IMG/VR virus record: IMGVR_UViG_3300006033_000027
Span: 1,322-65,321 of that record
From: a virus
Taxonomy: Duplodnaviria > Caudoviricetes
Length of the DNA: 64,000 nt
Reading direction: 5' to 3' (one strand)
Positions 18,603-27,621 of the stretch are shown piece by piece. The first letter of the stretch is position 1, and every line of letters starts with the position of its first letter. The notes under the pieces are model-generated. The model did not search any database, had not been told where the DNA came from, and saw only the letters and a program-made list of their open reading frames with translations. The position numbers were made by a program, and so were the translations under genes.

Positions 18603-18823
18603 TGGAACTGATCCCACTGCTGGTTCCCCTGTTCGGGGCCACCGTCCTCATCATCTGGGGGTGGCGGGGTGAGATCCGGAAGCGTCGGGAAGCGCGGGTG
18701 CTGCCCGAAACGCTGGCCGCGGTATCCGAATCATTCAAGAGAGCATCCGATGGTCTTGCAGATCTTACGAAGGCTATGGAAGCGTTCGGGGTTTCTCTGA
18801 AAGAGATCGGGAAGAATGTCTAA
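18599..18823 (+). CDS. Membrane protein
   Basis: N-terminal TM segment. Confidence 0.65.
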   Translation: MMELIPLLVPLFGATVLIIWGWRGEIRKRREARVLPETLAAVSESFKRASDGLADLTKAMEAFGVSLKEIGKNV

Positions 18824-18983
18824 GGTTCCCCGCATACCCATGAGCATTACGTTCATCACCTCGGACCCCGAGCGTCGGAAGCTGCTGAAGAAGAACTATC
18901 CGAACGCGAAGGCCACCCGCTCCCGGATCACGGCGACGGGCTGGGTGCCCGAGGGTCCGCGCGGGAAGTGGGGCAAATCGTGA
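18816..18983 (+). CDS. Small basic hypothetical protein
   Basis: MSKVPRIP..; overlaps previous stop. Confidence 0.5.
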   Translation: MSKVPRIPMSITFITSDPERRKLLKKNYPNAKATRSRITATGWVPEGPRGKWGKS

Positions 18984-19010
18984 AGCACCAGCAACTCGAA
19001 ATTTCGATTT

Positions 19011-19061
19011 CAAATTTTTTCGCAAAAACGACTTGACAAACGGTTTCGTTTCAAATAGAGT
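19011..19061 (+). promoter_or_regulatory. Strong SigA-type promoter for the Y RNA-Ro60 operon
   Basis: TTGACA (19033) -17 nt- TAGAGT; AT-rich UP element. Confidence 0.8.
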
Positions 19062-19088
19062 GTTCATCACCGAAGCAACTACATAAAA

Positions 19089-19166
19089 ATTTTCAGCCGG
19101 AGTGATCGGGTTATCAATCACACTGTAACTGCGACAAAACACCCGGCCACGCAACTTGCTGAAAAT
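19089..19166 (+). ncRNA. Y RNA-like unit 1
   Basis: Closing stem ATTTTCAGC/GCTGAAAAT; GCCGGAG..CGGGTTATC and CAACTTGC; inner hairpin TCACA CTGTAAC TGCGA. Confidence 0.75.
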
Positions 19167-19183
19167 CACAACTACATAATGAC

Positions 19184-19313
19184 TTCGAAAGCCGGATTGA
19201 TCCGGTTATCTCTTGAAAAGAAGTGGTTCTGGGTTCGAATCCCAGTCGGCTCATTGAGTCGGTAGCTCAACGGAAGAGCACTAAACGGTCGGGTCTCCCA
19301 ACTTGCTTTCGAA
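19184..19313 (+). ncRNA. yrlA: YrlA-like Y RNA (circularly permuted tRNA-like domain)
   Basis: Stem TTCGAAAGC/GCTTTCGAA; T-arm CTGGG TTCGAAT CCCAG, closed acceptor stem TCGGCTC-ATT-GAGTCGG, D-arm GCTC AACGGAA GAGC. Confidence 0.88.
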
Positions 19314-19318
19314 AAATC

Positions 19319-19434
19319 GTGGTGGCCGACGAGGTTCGGTTATCGGTAATAGATGGTTCAACTCCACCCGTCCCCGCATGGGGACTGATCCCACCCTCAG
19401 CGGTGGGCTTCCGGATTTCACACCTTGCCACTAC
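19319..19434 (+). ncRNA. Y RNA-like unit 3 (degenerate YrlA fold)
   Basis: Stem GTGGTGGC/GCCACTAC; GCCGA..CGGTTATC; T-loop TGG TTCAACT CCA; hairpins GTCCCC/GGGGAC and CCCACC/GGTGGG. Confidence 0.75.
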
Positions 19435-19440
19435 AAATTC

Positions 19441-19501
19441 TTGCGGTCGGAGTCGTCGGGTTATCTTTGGTAAATGTCCCGGTGCCACCTACTTACCGCA
19501 A
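19441..19501 (+). ncRNA. Minimal Y RNA-like unit 4
   Basis: Stem TTGCGGT/ACCGCAA; GTCGGAG..CGGGTTATC and CCCG..CTACTTAC. Confidence 0.7.
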
Positions 19502-19531
19502 ATCACACAGAAAGAAGGAGGTTCAGCAACA

Positions 19532-21106
19532 ATGACTGCCAGTGTTCTCCAGGGTATCCGCCCGAATGAAACCGTCCAGACCGAGCAGGCCCGGGAAGAT
19601 CAGGTCAAGAACAACGCCGGGGGTTTCGTCTTCGAGATCAGCCCTCTCCAGCGGTTCCGCCGCTTCCTCATTCTCGGCACTGAGGCTTCGACTTACTACC
19701 AGTCGGCCCCGGCTCTCTCGCGTGAGAACGCTCAGAACCTCTTCGCCCTGCTCGGATCGGACCACCGCGGCGTGGTCAATGAGATCCTGGAGGTCTCCAC
19801 CAACGGACTCGCTCCCCGGCAGGAGCCCACGCTCTTTGCGTATGCGGCTGCCGTCAGTCCGGAATTCGGCTCGGTCGAGGACCGCACCTACGCGCTGTCC
19901 CTCTTCAACCAGATCGTGCGGACGGGTACCCACCTGTTCACCTTCCTGGGCTTCGTGGAGCAGTTCCGAGGCTGGGGTACGGCTCTGCGCCGTGCCGTTG
20001 CGGACTGGTATCTCTCGAAGGAGCCGGACAAGCTCGCCTATCAGGTGGTCAAGTACAAGCAGCGCGAGGGTTGGTCCCATCGGGATGCCCTGCGTCTGTC
20101 CCACCCGAAGGCGGACAACTGGGACACCAACGACATCTTCGGCTACATCACCCAGAACGGTGAGACCAGCAACAGTCTGATCGAGGCTGCCCGGGGCGTC
20201 CATGACGGTTCGGTGTCGATCTCCGCGGGCATCGAGGCTGGCCTTCCGTGGGAGGCTCTGCCGTCTGAGGCACTGACCGAAGCGAAGACCTGGGAGGCCC
20301 TGCTGGAGCACAACTCCGTGCCCCTTGGCGCCCTGGTCCGACAACTTGGCCGACTGACCAACCTGGATCTGCTGAAGCCGTTCGCGGACACCAAGAGCAC
20401 GATCCTGGGGCTGCTGCGTGACGAGCGCAACATCCTGAAGTCGCGCATCCACCCGTTCAACCTGCTCAACGCCTGGTACACCTACCGGAGTGGCCGTGGC
20501 TTCCGAGGCAATGCCTCCTGGAACCCGGACGGTGACGTGGTGGCGGCTCTGGAGGCTGCGTTCTACACCTCCTTCCCGAACGTCAAGCCCGCGGGGAAGA
20601 ACACCCTCGTGGCTCTGGACGTGTCCGGCTCGATGGGTTGGGATACGATCAACAACTCGGCCCTGACCCCGCGTGAAGCGTCGGCAGCAATGGCCCTGGT
20701 TACAGTGAAGACGGAGCCGAACACGCATGTGGTTGCGTTCTCGACCTCACTTACTCCGTTGCCCATCGCGTCTGCATCCACCCTGGATGAGACACTGCGG
20801 ATCGTGGACAGCGTTCGAATGGGTGGCACCGATGTCTCCCTGCCGATCCTGTACGCACAGGAGCGTGGTCTCCAGGTGGATACCTTCATCAGCTACACGG
20901 ACAACGAGACGTGGAGCGGTCGGATTCACCCCTACCAGGCCCTCACGCAGTACCGGAAGTCTTCGGGTCGCTTTGCGAAGAACGTGGTGGTCGGAATGAC
21001 TGCCACTGGATTCTCCGTGGCGGACCCCCGAGACCCGGGCTCGCTCGATGTGGTCGGCTTCGATTCGTCGGCGCCCTCGGTGATCTCTGAGTTCTCTCGG
21101 GGTTGA
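19532..21106 (+). CDS. rsr: Ro60/Rsr TROVE-vWA RNA-binding protein
   Basis: QVKNNAGGFVF..RFLILGTE..YY; KYKQREGWSHRDALRLSH; RIHP; MIDAS DVSGSM; TDNETW; VVGFD. Start after AAGGAGG SD. Confidence 0.95.
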   Translation: MTASVLQGIRPNETVQTEQAREDQVKNNAGGFVFEISPLQRFRRFLILGTEASTYYQSAPALSRENAQNLFALLGSDHRGVVNEILEVSTNGLAPRQEPTLFAYAAAVSPEFGSVEDRTYALSLFNQIVRTGTHLFTFLGFVEQFRGWGTALRRAVADWYLSKEPDKLAYQVVKYKQREGWSHRDALRLSHPKADNWDTNDIFGYITQNGETSNSLIEAARGVHDGSVSISAGIEAGLPWEALPSEALTEAKTWEALLEHNSVPLGALVRQLGRLTNLDLLKPFADTKSTILGLLRDERNILKSRIHPFNLLNAWYTYRSGRGFRGNASWNPDGDVVAALEAAFYTSFPNVKPAGKNTLVALDVSGSMGWDTINNSALTPREASAAMALVTVKTEPNTHVVAFSTSLTPLPIASASTLDETLRIVDSVRMGGTDVSLPILYAQERGLQVDTFISYTDNETWSGRIHPYQALTQYRKSSGRFAKNVVVGMTATGFSVADPRDPGSLDVVGFDSSAPSVISEFSRG

Positions 21107-21140
21107 CATAGCTCGGTCACCCCGATAGACTCGGGGGACA

Positions 21141-21413
21141 ATGACCGCGACAGACAACTTCATAGAGGCAGCCCGGACACAGCGACCAAAGTGCCGGAGT
21201 CCCATTGCGAACTTCATCCCGAAGCATAGTCCCTGGGTGGACTACGAACAGGATGAAGCTCCGAGCACCCGAGACGCCGAACTGCTGTGCGAGGGCTGCC
21301 CCCTGAAGGATCTCTGCTACGAGATGGCTGTCGAAAACGGAGAGGAACACGGAATCTGGGGCGGGGTTCGATTCGACCCCAAGCCACGCAAGAGAAGGAG
21401 GAAGAATGGCTAG
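21141..21413 (+). CDS. whiB: WhiB-family transcription factor
   Basis: C..CEGCPLKDLC..GIWGG plus basic tail. Confidence 0.9.
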   Translation: MTATDNFIEAARTQRPKCRSPIANFIPKHSPWVDYEQDEAPSTRDAELLCEGCPLKDLCYEMAVENGEEHGIWGGVRFDPKPRKRRRKNG

Positions 21414-21618
21414 TCAACTACCGTTCAGAAACCCGGATGTGATGCGGGTTCGAGACCACATCTACGACGAGGTTTCCGGGATCATCGCTGATTACGGAAT
21501 AGACGAGCCCCCGCTGAATCTGATCGCTTACGCAGTGACCGACCAGCTTCTCTACCGTGACTTCATCCACACCGAGAGTGTTGTGCAGTATCTCGATGCC
21601 CTGGAGAAGAATTCGTGA
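21406..21618 (+). CDS. Hypothetical protein
   Basis: AGGAGG SD. Confidence 0.65.
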   Translation: MASQLPFRNPDVMRVRDHIYDEVSGIIADYGIDEPPLNLIAYAVTDQLLYRDFIHTESVVQYLDALEKNS

Positions 21619-21791
21619 GCGACGAACTGATCCAAGAGCTTCGTCGTCAGATCGACCAGCTTGATGACGACAACTCCGAACTTCAGAACGAGAACCATCG
21701 TCTCCGGGATCGTATCGAAGAGTTGGAACAGCAGGTTGTTCAACTGACTGATGCGATGGATGACATCAATCGGTTCACGAGGCAGTTCTGA
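21615..21791 (+). CDS. Small coiled-coil protein
   Basis: MSDELIQELRRQIDQL..; overlaps both neighbours. Confidence 0.6.
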   Translation: MSDELIQELRRQIDQLDDDNSELQNENHRLRDRIEELEQQVVQLTDAMDDINRFTRQF

Positions 21792-22708
21792 TGGCTGAAC
21801 GTAAGCTCATCCTCACCCGAGGCATCCCTGGCAGTGGCAAGACCACCTGGGCCAAGCAGCAGCCCCACCCCCGGGCGAACCGGGATGACCTGCGCTGGCA
21901 GTTGTTCGGTCACCGCCCCACTGACGGACTGCTGAACGGGGAACAAGAGTCGGCTGTCACCCGGGCTCAGCGGGATCTCGTCAAGGCGTTCCTGCGTCAC
22001 CATGACACGGTGATCGTAGACGACACCAACCTGAACAACCGCTTCATGGGTCAGTGGTATCGCTTCGCTGAACTGAACGGTCTCACCGTCGAGTTCAAGG
22101 ACTTCGAGGTTCCCCTGGAGACGGCTCTGGACTGGGACCGCAACCGGGAATACCCCGTGGGTGAAGCGGTGATCCGGAAGTTCTACGGTCGTACTAAGGA
22201 CGGCAAGCTCCCCGCTCCACCGACCCGCAAGCACGTCCGTGCAGACCTCGGTGCCGTGACCTTCGAGCAGTACGTCCCGGGAGAATCCCTCCCGTGGGCC
22301 TGGGGGTTCGATCTCGACGGCACCCTGGCGCACATCCAGGGTGAGAACCCGCGCAGTCCCTACGACGGTGCTCGTGCGGGAGAGGATGCTGTTGATCCCA
22401 TCGTTCGAGACATTGCTCTCTCGTTCCAGCGGAACTACTACAAGATCCTGATTGTCTCTGGTCGTAATGAAGACTATCGCCACGTCACTGAAGAGTGGCT
22501 GGAGCGCATGGGGATTCACTACCACGATCTGTTCATGCGAGCTTCCGGTGATGACCGTTCCGACAACATCGTGAAGTACGAGATCCTGCGGGATCAGATC
22601 GCACCGAAGTATGCCCTGAGGGGCATGGTGGACGACCGAGATCAAGTAGTTGCCATGTGGCGCCAGGTTGGTGTAAAGTGCCTCCAGGCCGAGTACGGCG
22701 ATTTCTAA
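21791..22708 (+). CDS. pseT: Polynucleotide kinase / 3'-phosphatase (T4 PseT-like)
   Basis: GIPGSGKT..RDDLR..DDTN kinase; FDLDGT..SGR..DDR HAD domain. Confidence 0.92.
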   Translation: MAERKLILTRGIPGSGKTTWAKQQPHPRANRDDLRWQLFGHRPTDGLLNGEQESAVTRAQRDLVKAFLRHHDTVIVDDTNLNNRFMGQWYRFAELNGLTVEFKDFEVPLETALDWDRNREYPVGEAVIRKFYGRTKDGKLPAPPTRKHVRADLGAVTFEQYVPGESLPWAWGFDLDGTLAHIQGENPRSPYDGARAGEDAVDPIVRDIALSFQRNYYKILIVSGRNEDYRHVTEEWLERMGIHYHDLFMRASGDDRSDNIVKYEILRDQIAPKYALRGMVDDRDQVVAMWRQVGVKCLQAEYGDF

Positions 22709-22723
22709 CAGAAAGGGGTAACA

Positions 22724-24022
22724 ATGAGTATCAAGCTTGAAGAACCGGAGAACAAGAACTACGCCGCTCAGGTGGTGACCATCCATGAGGTACATCCGCT
22801 GGATGGAATGGACCGCGTGCAGGGAGCATCCGTACTGGGCCTCCAGGCCATCGTCGGACTTGAAGTGAAGCCGGGTGACCGGGGTATCGTCTTCGGCCCC
22901 GAGACGCAGCTTTCCCAGGACTACACCTACTTCAACAACCTCCACCGACACGGGGACCGGAACGTTGACCAGTCCGTGCAGGGCTATCTCGAAGATAACC
23001 GCCGAGTCCGTGCGATCAAGCTCCGCGGCCACCGCTCCGACGCGCTGTTCATGCCGCTGGAATCCCTGGACTGGGCCACCCTGGACTACGATCTGCTGCC
23101 GGACGGAGCCTACTTCGACAAGATCGGAGACCACCCGATCTGCAACAAGTACGTCGTCCGGCAGCCGAAGGCTCACGACCGGGCTCAGGCCAAGCACGAC
23201 CGTGCCTTCCGCCGCGTGGACAAGATCTACCTGCCGGAGCATGTCGAGACCGACAACTACTTCTACTACGGCCACGTCATCCCGGACTTCGCGGATGTCG
23301 TCGTGACTCAGAAGCTCCACGGGACCAGCGTTCGACTCGCCAACACAGTGGTCAAGCGCAAGCTGACCTGGTTGGAGAAGCTGGCGAAGAAGGTCGGCAT
23401 CAAGGTCGCGGAGACCGAGTTCGACTTCGTGGCGGGCAGCCGGAAGGTCATCAAGGACCCCAACAACCCGTACCAGAATGACTTCTACGGTACCGACATC
23501 TGGACTGAGGCGCTGGGCACGTACAGCTACGCCATCCCGGAGAACTTCATCGTCTACGGGGAACTGGTCGGCTGGGTTGATCCCGGCAAGCCGATCCAGA
23601 AGAATTACACCTACGAGCAGGTGGACGACTACGAACTGTACGTCTACCGTGTCACTGTGGTCACGCACAGCGGTCGTCAGGTGGATCTCTCTTGGGATGC
23701 CGTGCGGCGATTCACCGACGAGAACGGTCTGAAGCATGTGCCGGAACTGTGGCGCGGTCGCAAGGAGTTCTTCGATCCCGAGAAGTGGCTGGACATTCGG
23801 TTCCTGGACACCAACGTGACCCACCGGGACTATCCGGTGCGACTGTCCAACAAGGACACCGTTGACGAGGGCGTGGCGATCCGCTACGATGGTGCGGGTA
23901 TGCCGCAGTTCTTCAAGGCGAAGTCCCCGATCTTCCTGGCCCATGAGACCAAGCTTCTCGACCGGGGTGAAGTGGACACCGAGACCCAAGGCAATGAACA
24001 ACCCGAAGAAATTCTGGTCTGA
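22724..24022 (+). CDS. ATP-dependent RNA ligase (Rnl2/DRB0094-like, N-terminal OB-like domain)
   Basis: KLHGTS motif I, YGEL, EGVAIR, FKAKS; LRGHRS in N-domain. Confidence 0.85.
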   Translation: MSIKLEEPENKNYAAQVVTIHEVHPLDGMDRVQGASVLGLQAIVGLEVKPGDRGIVFGPETQLSQDYTYFNNLHRHGDRNVDQSVQGYLEDNRRVRAIKLRGHRSDALFMPLESLDWATLDYDLLPDGAYFDKIGDHPICNKYVVRQPKAHDRAQAKHDRAFRRVDKIYLPEHVETDNYFYYGHVIPDFADVVVTQKLHGTSVRLANTVVKRKLTWLEKLAKKVGIKVAETEFDFVAGSRKVIKDPNNPYQNDFYGTDIWTEALGTYSYAIPENFIVYGELVGWVDPGKPIQKNYTYEQVDDYELYVYRVTVVTHSGRQVDLSWDAVRRFTDENGLKHVPELWRGRKEFFDPEKWLDIRFLDTNVTHRDYPVRLSNKDTVDEGVAIRYDGAGMPQFFKAKSPIFLAHETKLLDRGEVDTETQGNEQPEEILV

Positions 24023-24036
24023 TAAGGAGGAAATCC

Positions 24037-24837
24037 ATGACTGCAACGACTGAACCGACCGAGACACCCGAGGTCAAGAAGACCACCACCCGCACTCCGC
24101 GGACCCCGAAGGCCCCTGACGCCCCCCAGATCATCAACCTCATCAACAAGATCTCAAACGAGGCTGGTGCCCTGGAGAAGGAGTCCACGGGGGGAGTTCC
24201 GTTTCCCTTCCGTGGGATTGACGGGACGATCAACCACCTCACTCCGCACCTGAACAAGCATGGTGTGGTCGTGATCCCGGAGGTGCTGGATAGTGAACTG
24301 ACGACTCGGCTCATCCCGGGCTCCAACGCGAACGCTCCGCAGCGGGAGATCAAGACCTCCAAGGTCAAGACCGCCTTCCACTTCTATGCACCTGACGGAT
24401 CGGAAGTGGTCGCCACCACCACGGGCATCGCGGACGACTTCGCGGATCGCTCGGAGGCCCAGGCCCAGTCGGTCGCGTTCCGCGTGGCCCTGCTCCAGAC
24501 CTTCCACCTACCCACGCAGACCATCGAGCCAGAAGAGCACGGTGAGCGTGTCCAGGCTGAGTTGGCGAACCCGACCGAGACGAAGACCCCGGGCGCCGTC
24601 ACCGCGGCGAAGAAGACTTCCTCAAAGACACCCTCTCCGGCTCCGACAGAAGAGCCCGCGGGTGGGGAAGACCGTCTGAAGACCGCCCGACGTAACTTGC
24701 GAGCCAAGGTGAACGGCGATACCAAGAAGGCTGAAGACATCGGCAACGCCTACTTCAAGACCGAGGACCACCGGGAATGGACATCCAGCGCCCCGAAGAT
24801 CGAGAAGCTTCTCGCCAACTGGCCTGACGAAGACTGA
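24037..24837 (+). CDS. ERF-family ssDNA annealing protein
   Basis: FRGIDG..L.KHG..G..DD..D....AQSVAFRVALLQTFHLPT. Confidence 0.85.
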   Translation: MTATTEPTETPEVKKTTTRTPRTPKAPDAPQIINLINKISNEAGALEKESTGGVPFPFRGIDGTINHLTPHLNKHGVVVIPEVLDSELTTRLIPGSNANAPQREIKTSKVKTAFHFYAPDGSEVVATTTGIADDFADRSEAQAQSVAFRVALLQTFHLPTQTIEPEEHGERVQAELANPTETKTPGAVTAAKKTSSKTPSPAPTEEPAGGEDRLKTARRNLRAKVNGDTKKAEDIGNAYFKTEDHREWTSSAPKIEKLLANWPDED

Positions 24838-24950
24838 TGGACCCGTCATGGCTGTGGTTGATCGTCCCTAGCTCCATTGCGGTTGGGGTGATCGGTGTTC
24901 TCGGTGCCTGGACGATCTGGCTGGGCAAGATCCTAGACAACTGGTGGTGA
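24837..24950 (+). CDS. Small membrane protein
   Basis: MDPSWLWLIVPSSIAVGVIGVLGAW; TGATG overlap. Confidence 0.5.
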   Translation: MDPSWLWLIVPSSIAVGVIGVLGAWTIWLGKILDNWW

Positions 24951-24954
24951 TCTC

Positions 24955-25482
24955 TTGACTCAACCGGCTCTGGCCGATCCTGAAGTTCAGGCTGAGATCC
25001 AGAAGAAGCGGGCTTCGCGGAAGGTCATCTGGAGACCGATCCAGACTTTTCCGAAATATGAGGTCAGTAATACGGGTCTTGTTCGGTCAGGTGTGTCAGG
25101 TCATATTCTGAGTCCACACCTAGTCAATGGCTATAAGCGTGTAACCCTCTATCTCGGGGGTAAGAAGAAGCATTTCTTGGTTCATCGTTTGGTCGCTCAG
25201 GAATTTATAGGCCGGGAAGATTCAACCCATACAGTAGTCCGGCACTTAGATGGGAACGTAGCCAATAACCACGCCAGTAATCTATCCTGGGGAACCCAGA
25301 GCGATAACGTTTTGGACGCGGTGAAGCACGGAACTCACCGCTCGTCATCCAAGACCACTTGCTCTCGGGGTCATTCTCTTTCGGGGAAGAACTTGCAAGT
25401 GGTGTCCGGAGCAAGACGTTGCCGTGAATGCGCGAACCGCCGTAACCGTGAGTATCGTGAACACAGAAAGGGTACAGAATGA
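24955..25482 (+). CDS. NUMOD4-HNH endonuclease fused to the old N-terminus of the exonuclease
   Basis: WRPI..YEVSNTGLVR; VHRLVA..RHLDGN..NN..NL; first 24 aa nearly identical to next gene. Confidence 0.9.
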   Translation: MTQPALADPEVQAEIQKKRASRKVIWRPIQTFPKYEVSNTGLVRSGVSGHILSPHLVNGYKRVTLYLGGKKKHFLVHRLVAQEFIGREDSTHTVVRHLDGNVANNHASNLSWGTQSDNVLDAVKHGTHRSSSKTTCSRGHSLSGKNLQVVSGARRCRECANRRNREYREHRKGTE

Positions 25483-26426
25483 CACAGCCAGCATTAGCAG
25501 ACCCGAGTGTTCAAGATGAAATTCAGAAGAAACGCGCGTCCAGAAAAGTTGTGCAGTATTTTGATGCCAAGGCCAATGACGGGCGCCGCTACATGCACCC
25601 ACATCGTCCCGATCCACGGGACGGCTCGGACTTCTACTACGTCTACTCGGTCACCAATGCGCTGAGTGTTCTGGACAAGCCCGGGCTCCGACAGTGGGCC
25701 GTGGATCAGACCGCGGCTTACTATGCGGCTAACCCGGAGGCGTCATTCACCCGCACCGAGGCGAGTGCGTTCAACTTCGGACGCTGGGCTCACAAGTATC
25801 AGCTTGACGCTGCTGCTTACGTTGGGGATCGGATTCACAACTACGCTGAGTCCACGATGGACTGGGCGGTGGAAGCCCCGGATCTGGAGACGGAGGAAGA
25901 ACTCCAGATGGCGGAGCGGTGGCACGAGCTACTGGACGAGCACTGGGTCAACCCCATTTTCACCGAGGCTACGGTCTGGAACGATGTCCACCACTACGCC
26001 GGGACTTTCGACCTTCTCGCTGAGTTGGACGGAACCCTGACGCTGATCGACAACAAGACCAGCCGGAACCTCTGGACCGAGCACCTTGCTCAGTTGATCG
26101 CTCTGGGCAATGCCACCTCACTGCTCATCCCCCGAGGTCCAAACGAGTGGGAGGAAGTCGAGATGCCCCGCGTGGACAACTTTGCGATCTTCCACATTCG
26201 TCCCGACGACTTCAACAACAAGGGCGACTTCGTACCGTCCTACCAGGAAGTCATCAAGTTCACTCGGGAAGAACTGGAGCCGTACTTCGAACTCTTCCTG
26301 AGTGCGCTGGGCGTCAAGACCGCTTCGGATTCCGTGAAGAAGCACTTCGAGACGATCAAGAAGGGCCTGCATGTGGCCCACGTCGATGACGAGAACAAAC
26401 TCCCGAAGGAGGAACAGCCGTGGTAG
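25479..26426 (+). CDS. PD-(D/E)XK exonuclease (Cas4/RecE-like)
   Basis: SVT..L..LDKPGL..W; G..IH; E..V...YAGTFD..IDNKTS..QL. Confidence 0.85.
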   Translation: MTQPALADPSVQDEIQKKRASRKVVQYFDAKANDGRRYMHPHRPDPRDGSDFYYVYSVTNALSVLDKPGLRQWAVDQTAAYYAANPEASFTRTEASAFNFGRWAHKYQLDAAAYVGDRIHNYAESTMDWAVEAPDLETEEELQMAERWHELLDEHWVNPIFTEATVWNDVHHYAGTFDLLAELDGTLTLIDNKTSRNLWTEHLAQLIALGNATSLLIPRGPNEWEEVEMPRVDNFAIFHIRPDDFNNKGDFVPSYQEVIKFTREELEPYFELFLSALGVKTASDSVKKHFETIKKGLHVAHVDDENKLPKEEQPW

Positions 26427-27220
26427 AACACAATGTTCTGTATATTGTTCCGAACGTGGAGAACTTTATGGCTCCAACCCTGAAGGAACTGAAAACTGCC
26501 CAGATCATCGGAGTGAAGACCGAGTTCCTAACTCAGTACGAACAGGACAACACTCTTTCGTACTATGACGACGCTCGAACCCTGTCACGGACATACCTCT
26601 CGGGCATCGAGATTCACCCCCAGTTGACGGGGAACACTTTCGAGACGATCTCGGAAGAGAACCTGCCTTGGGAACTGGACGATGAGGACGAAGAGCCCAC
26701 CTGGAAGGTTGGAGATTCTGCCACGGTGTATCCCGCGACGAAGACTTCGGGTATCGCAAACTACGACGGGACCTTGACATTCACCTTCGACACCGACTAC
26801 AATCAAGACGCGTTGCAAGATCTCTTCGGGGACCATCCGGAAACGGGTTACCTCGTCGTGAAACACACCACCGAAAGTAAGGAGGAATCACCCGTGAGCA
26901 ATCACCCCATCGTCTCTCTTGACTGGGACGACATCCGCCTGGCCTACCCGCAGATCGCTGAGGTCTACGAAGAGGGTCAGGACGGCGCCGACCAGTTCAC
27001 CAACGACGTTCGCCGGTACGCCGACAACGAGCGTACTCATCAGGCGTGGCACCGGATCAACGATTCGCAGCCCCCGTCTGTGACCATCGACAAGGACGCA
27101 CTGGTCGAGGCAGCCACCGATCTCGCCACCGCTCTGGGCATCGACATTGATGAACTGGCGGACTGGGAGAAGGCACTGCTGTTCCCCAACCAGGACGACA
27201 ACAAGGAGGAACCCTTCTAA
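26420..27220 (+). CDS. Acidic hypothetical protein
   Basis: 266-aa ORF; possible internal start at 26894. Confidence 0.7.
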   Translation: MVEHNVLYIVPNVENFMAPTLKELKTAQIIGVKTEFLTQYEQDNTLSYYDDARTLSRTYLSGIEIHPQLTGNTFETISEENLPWELDDEDEEPTWKVGDSATVYPATKTSGIANYDGTLTFTFDTDYNQDALQDLFGDHPETGYLVVKHTTESKEESPVSNHPIVSLDWDDIRLAYPQIAEVYEEGQDGADQFTNDVRRYADNERTHQAWHRINDSQPPSVTIDKDALVEAATDLATALGIDIDELADWEKALLFPNQDDNKEEPF

Positions 27221-27606
27221 TGAGCAACAGACTCACCATCACGGGTGTGGTCGTCGCAGAGCCCGAACTGGTTCAGGTGACCGACCGCTTCGAGGTGCTG
27301 CGGTTCCCGCTGTACGACAACGACCAGCGGAAGAATCGGGACACCGGAGAGTGGGAAGACACCGGAAACGTCACCAAGCTGCGGGTTGAACTGAAGTTCG
27401 ACCTGAAGGACGAGTGGCAGGATGTGATCCACAAGGGTGATGTTCTGGAGGTCTCCGCGTCGATCACCGAGCGGGAGTACACCCGACAAGATCAGACCAC
27501 TGGCCGATCCCTGGAGACCACCTACGTCTCCGAGATCAAGCAGATCAAGGCTGCATCCTCAGCCCCGAAGCCCTCTCGGGCACAGGAAGAAGATCCCTGG
27601 GGGTAG
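27220..27606 (+). CDS. ssb: Single-stranded DNA-binding protein
   Basis: OB-fold pattern (ITG..EPEL..KGD.LEV..REY); acidic-aromatic tail EEDPWG. Confidence 0.88.
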   Translation: MSNRLTITGVVVAEPELVQVTDRFEVLRFPLYDNDQRKNRDTGEWEDTGNVTKLRVELKFDLKDEWQDVIHKGDVLEVSASITEREYTRQDQTTGRSLETTYVSEIKQIKAASSAPKPSRAQEEDPWG

Positions 27607-27621
27607 AATAGATACCTCCAC

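Noticed and set aside
19089-19501. CRISPR array (repeated GGTTATC units)
   Set aside because: Repeats are degenerate and unevenly spaced, each unit folds as a closed stem, and there is no cas operon; the Cas4-like nuclease lies in the recombination module
19223-19531. 103-codon N-terminal extension of Ro60 in the ORF track
   Set aside because: It runs through the Y RNA array; the strong SD and TROVE homology start at ATG 19532
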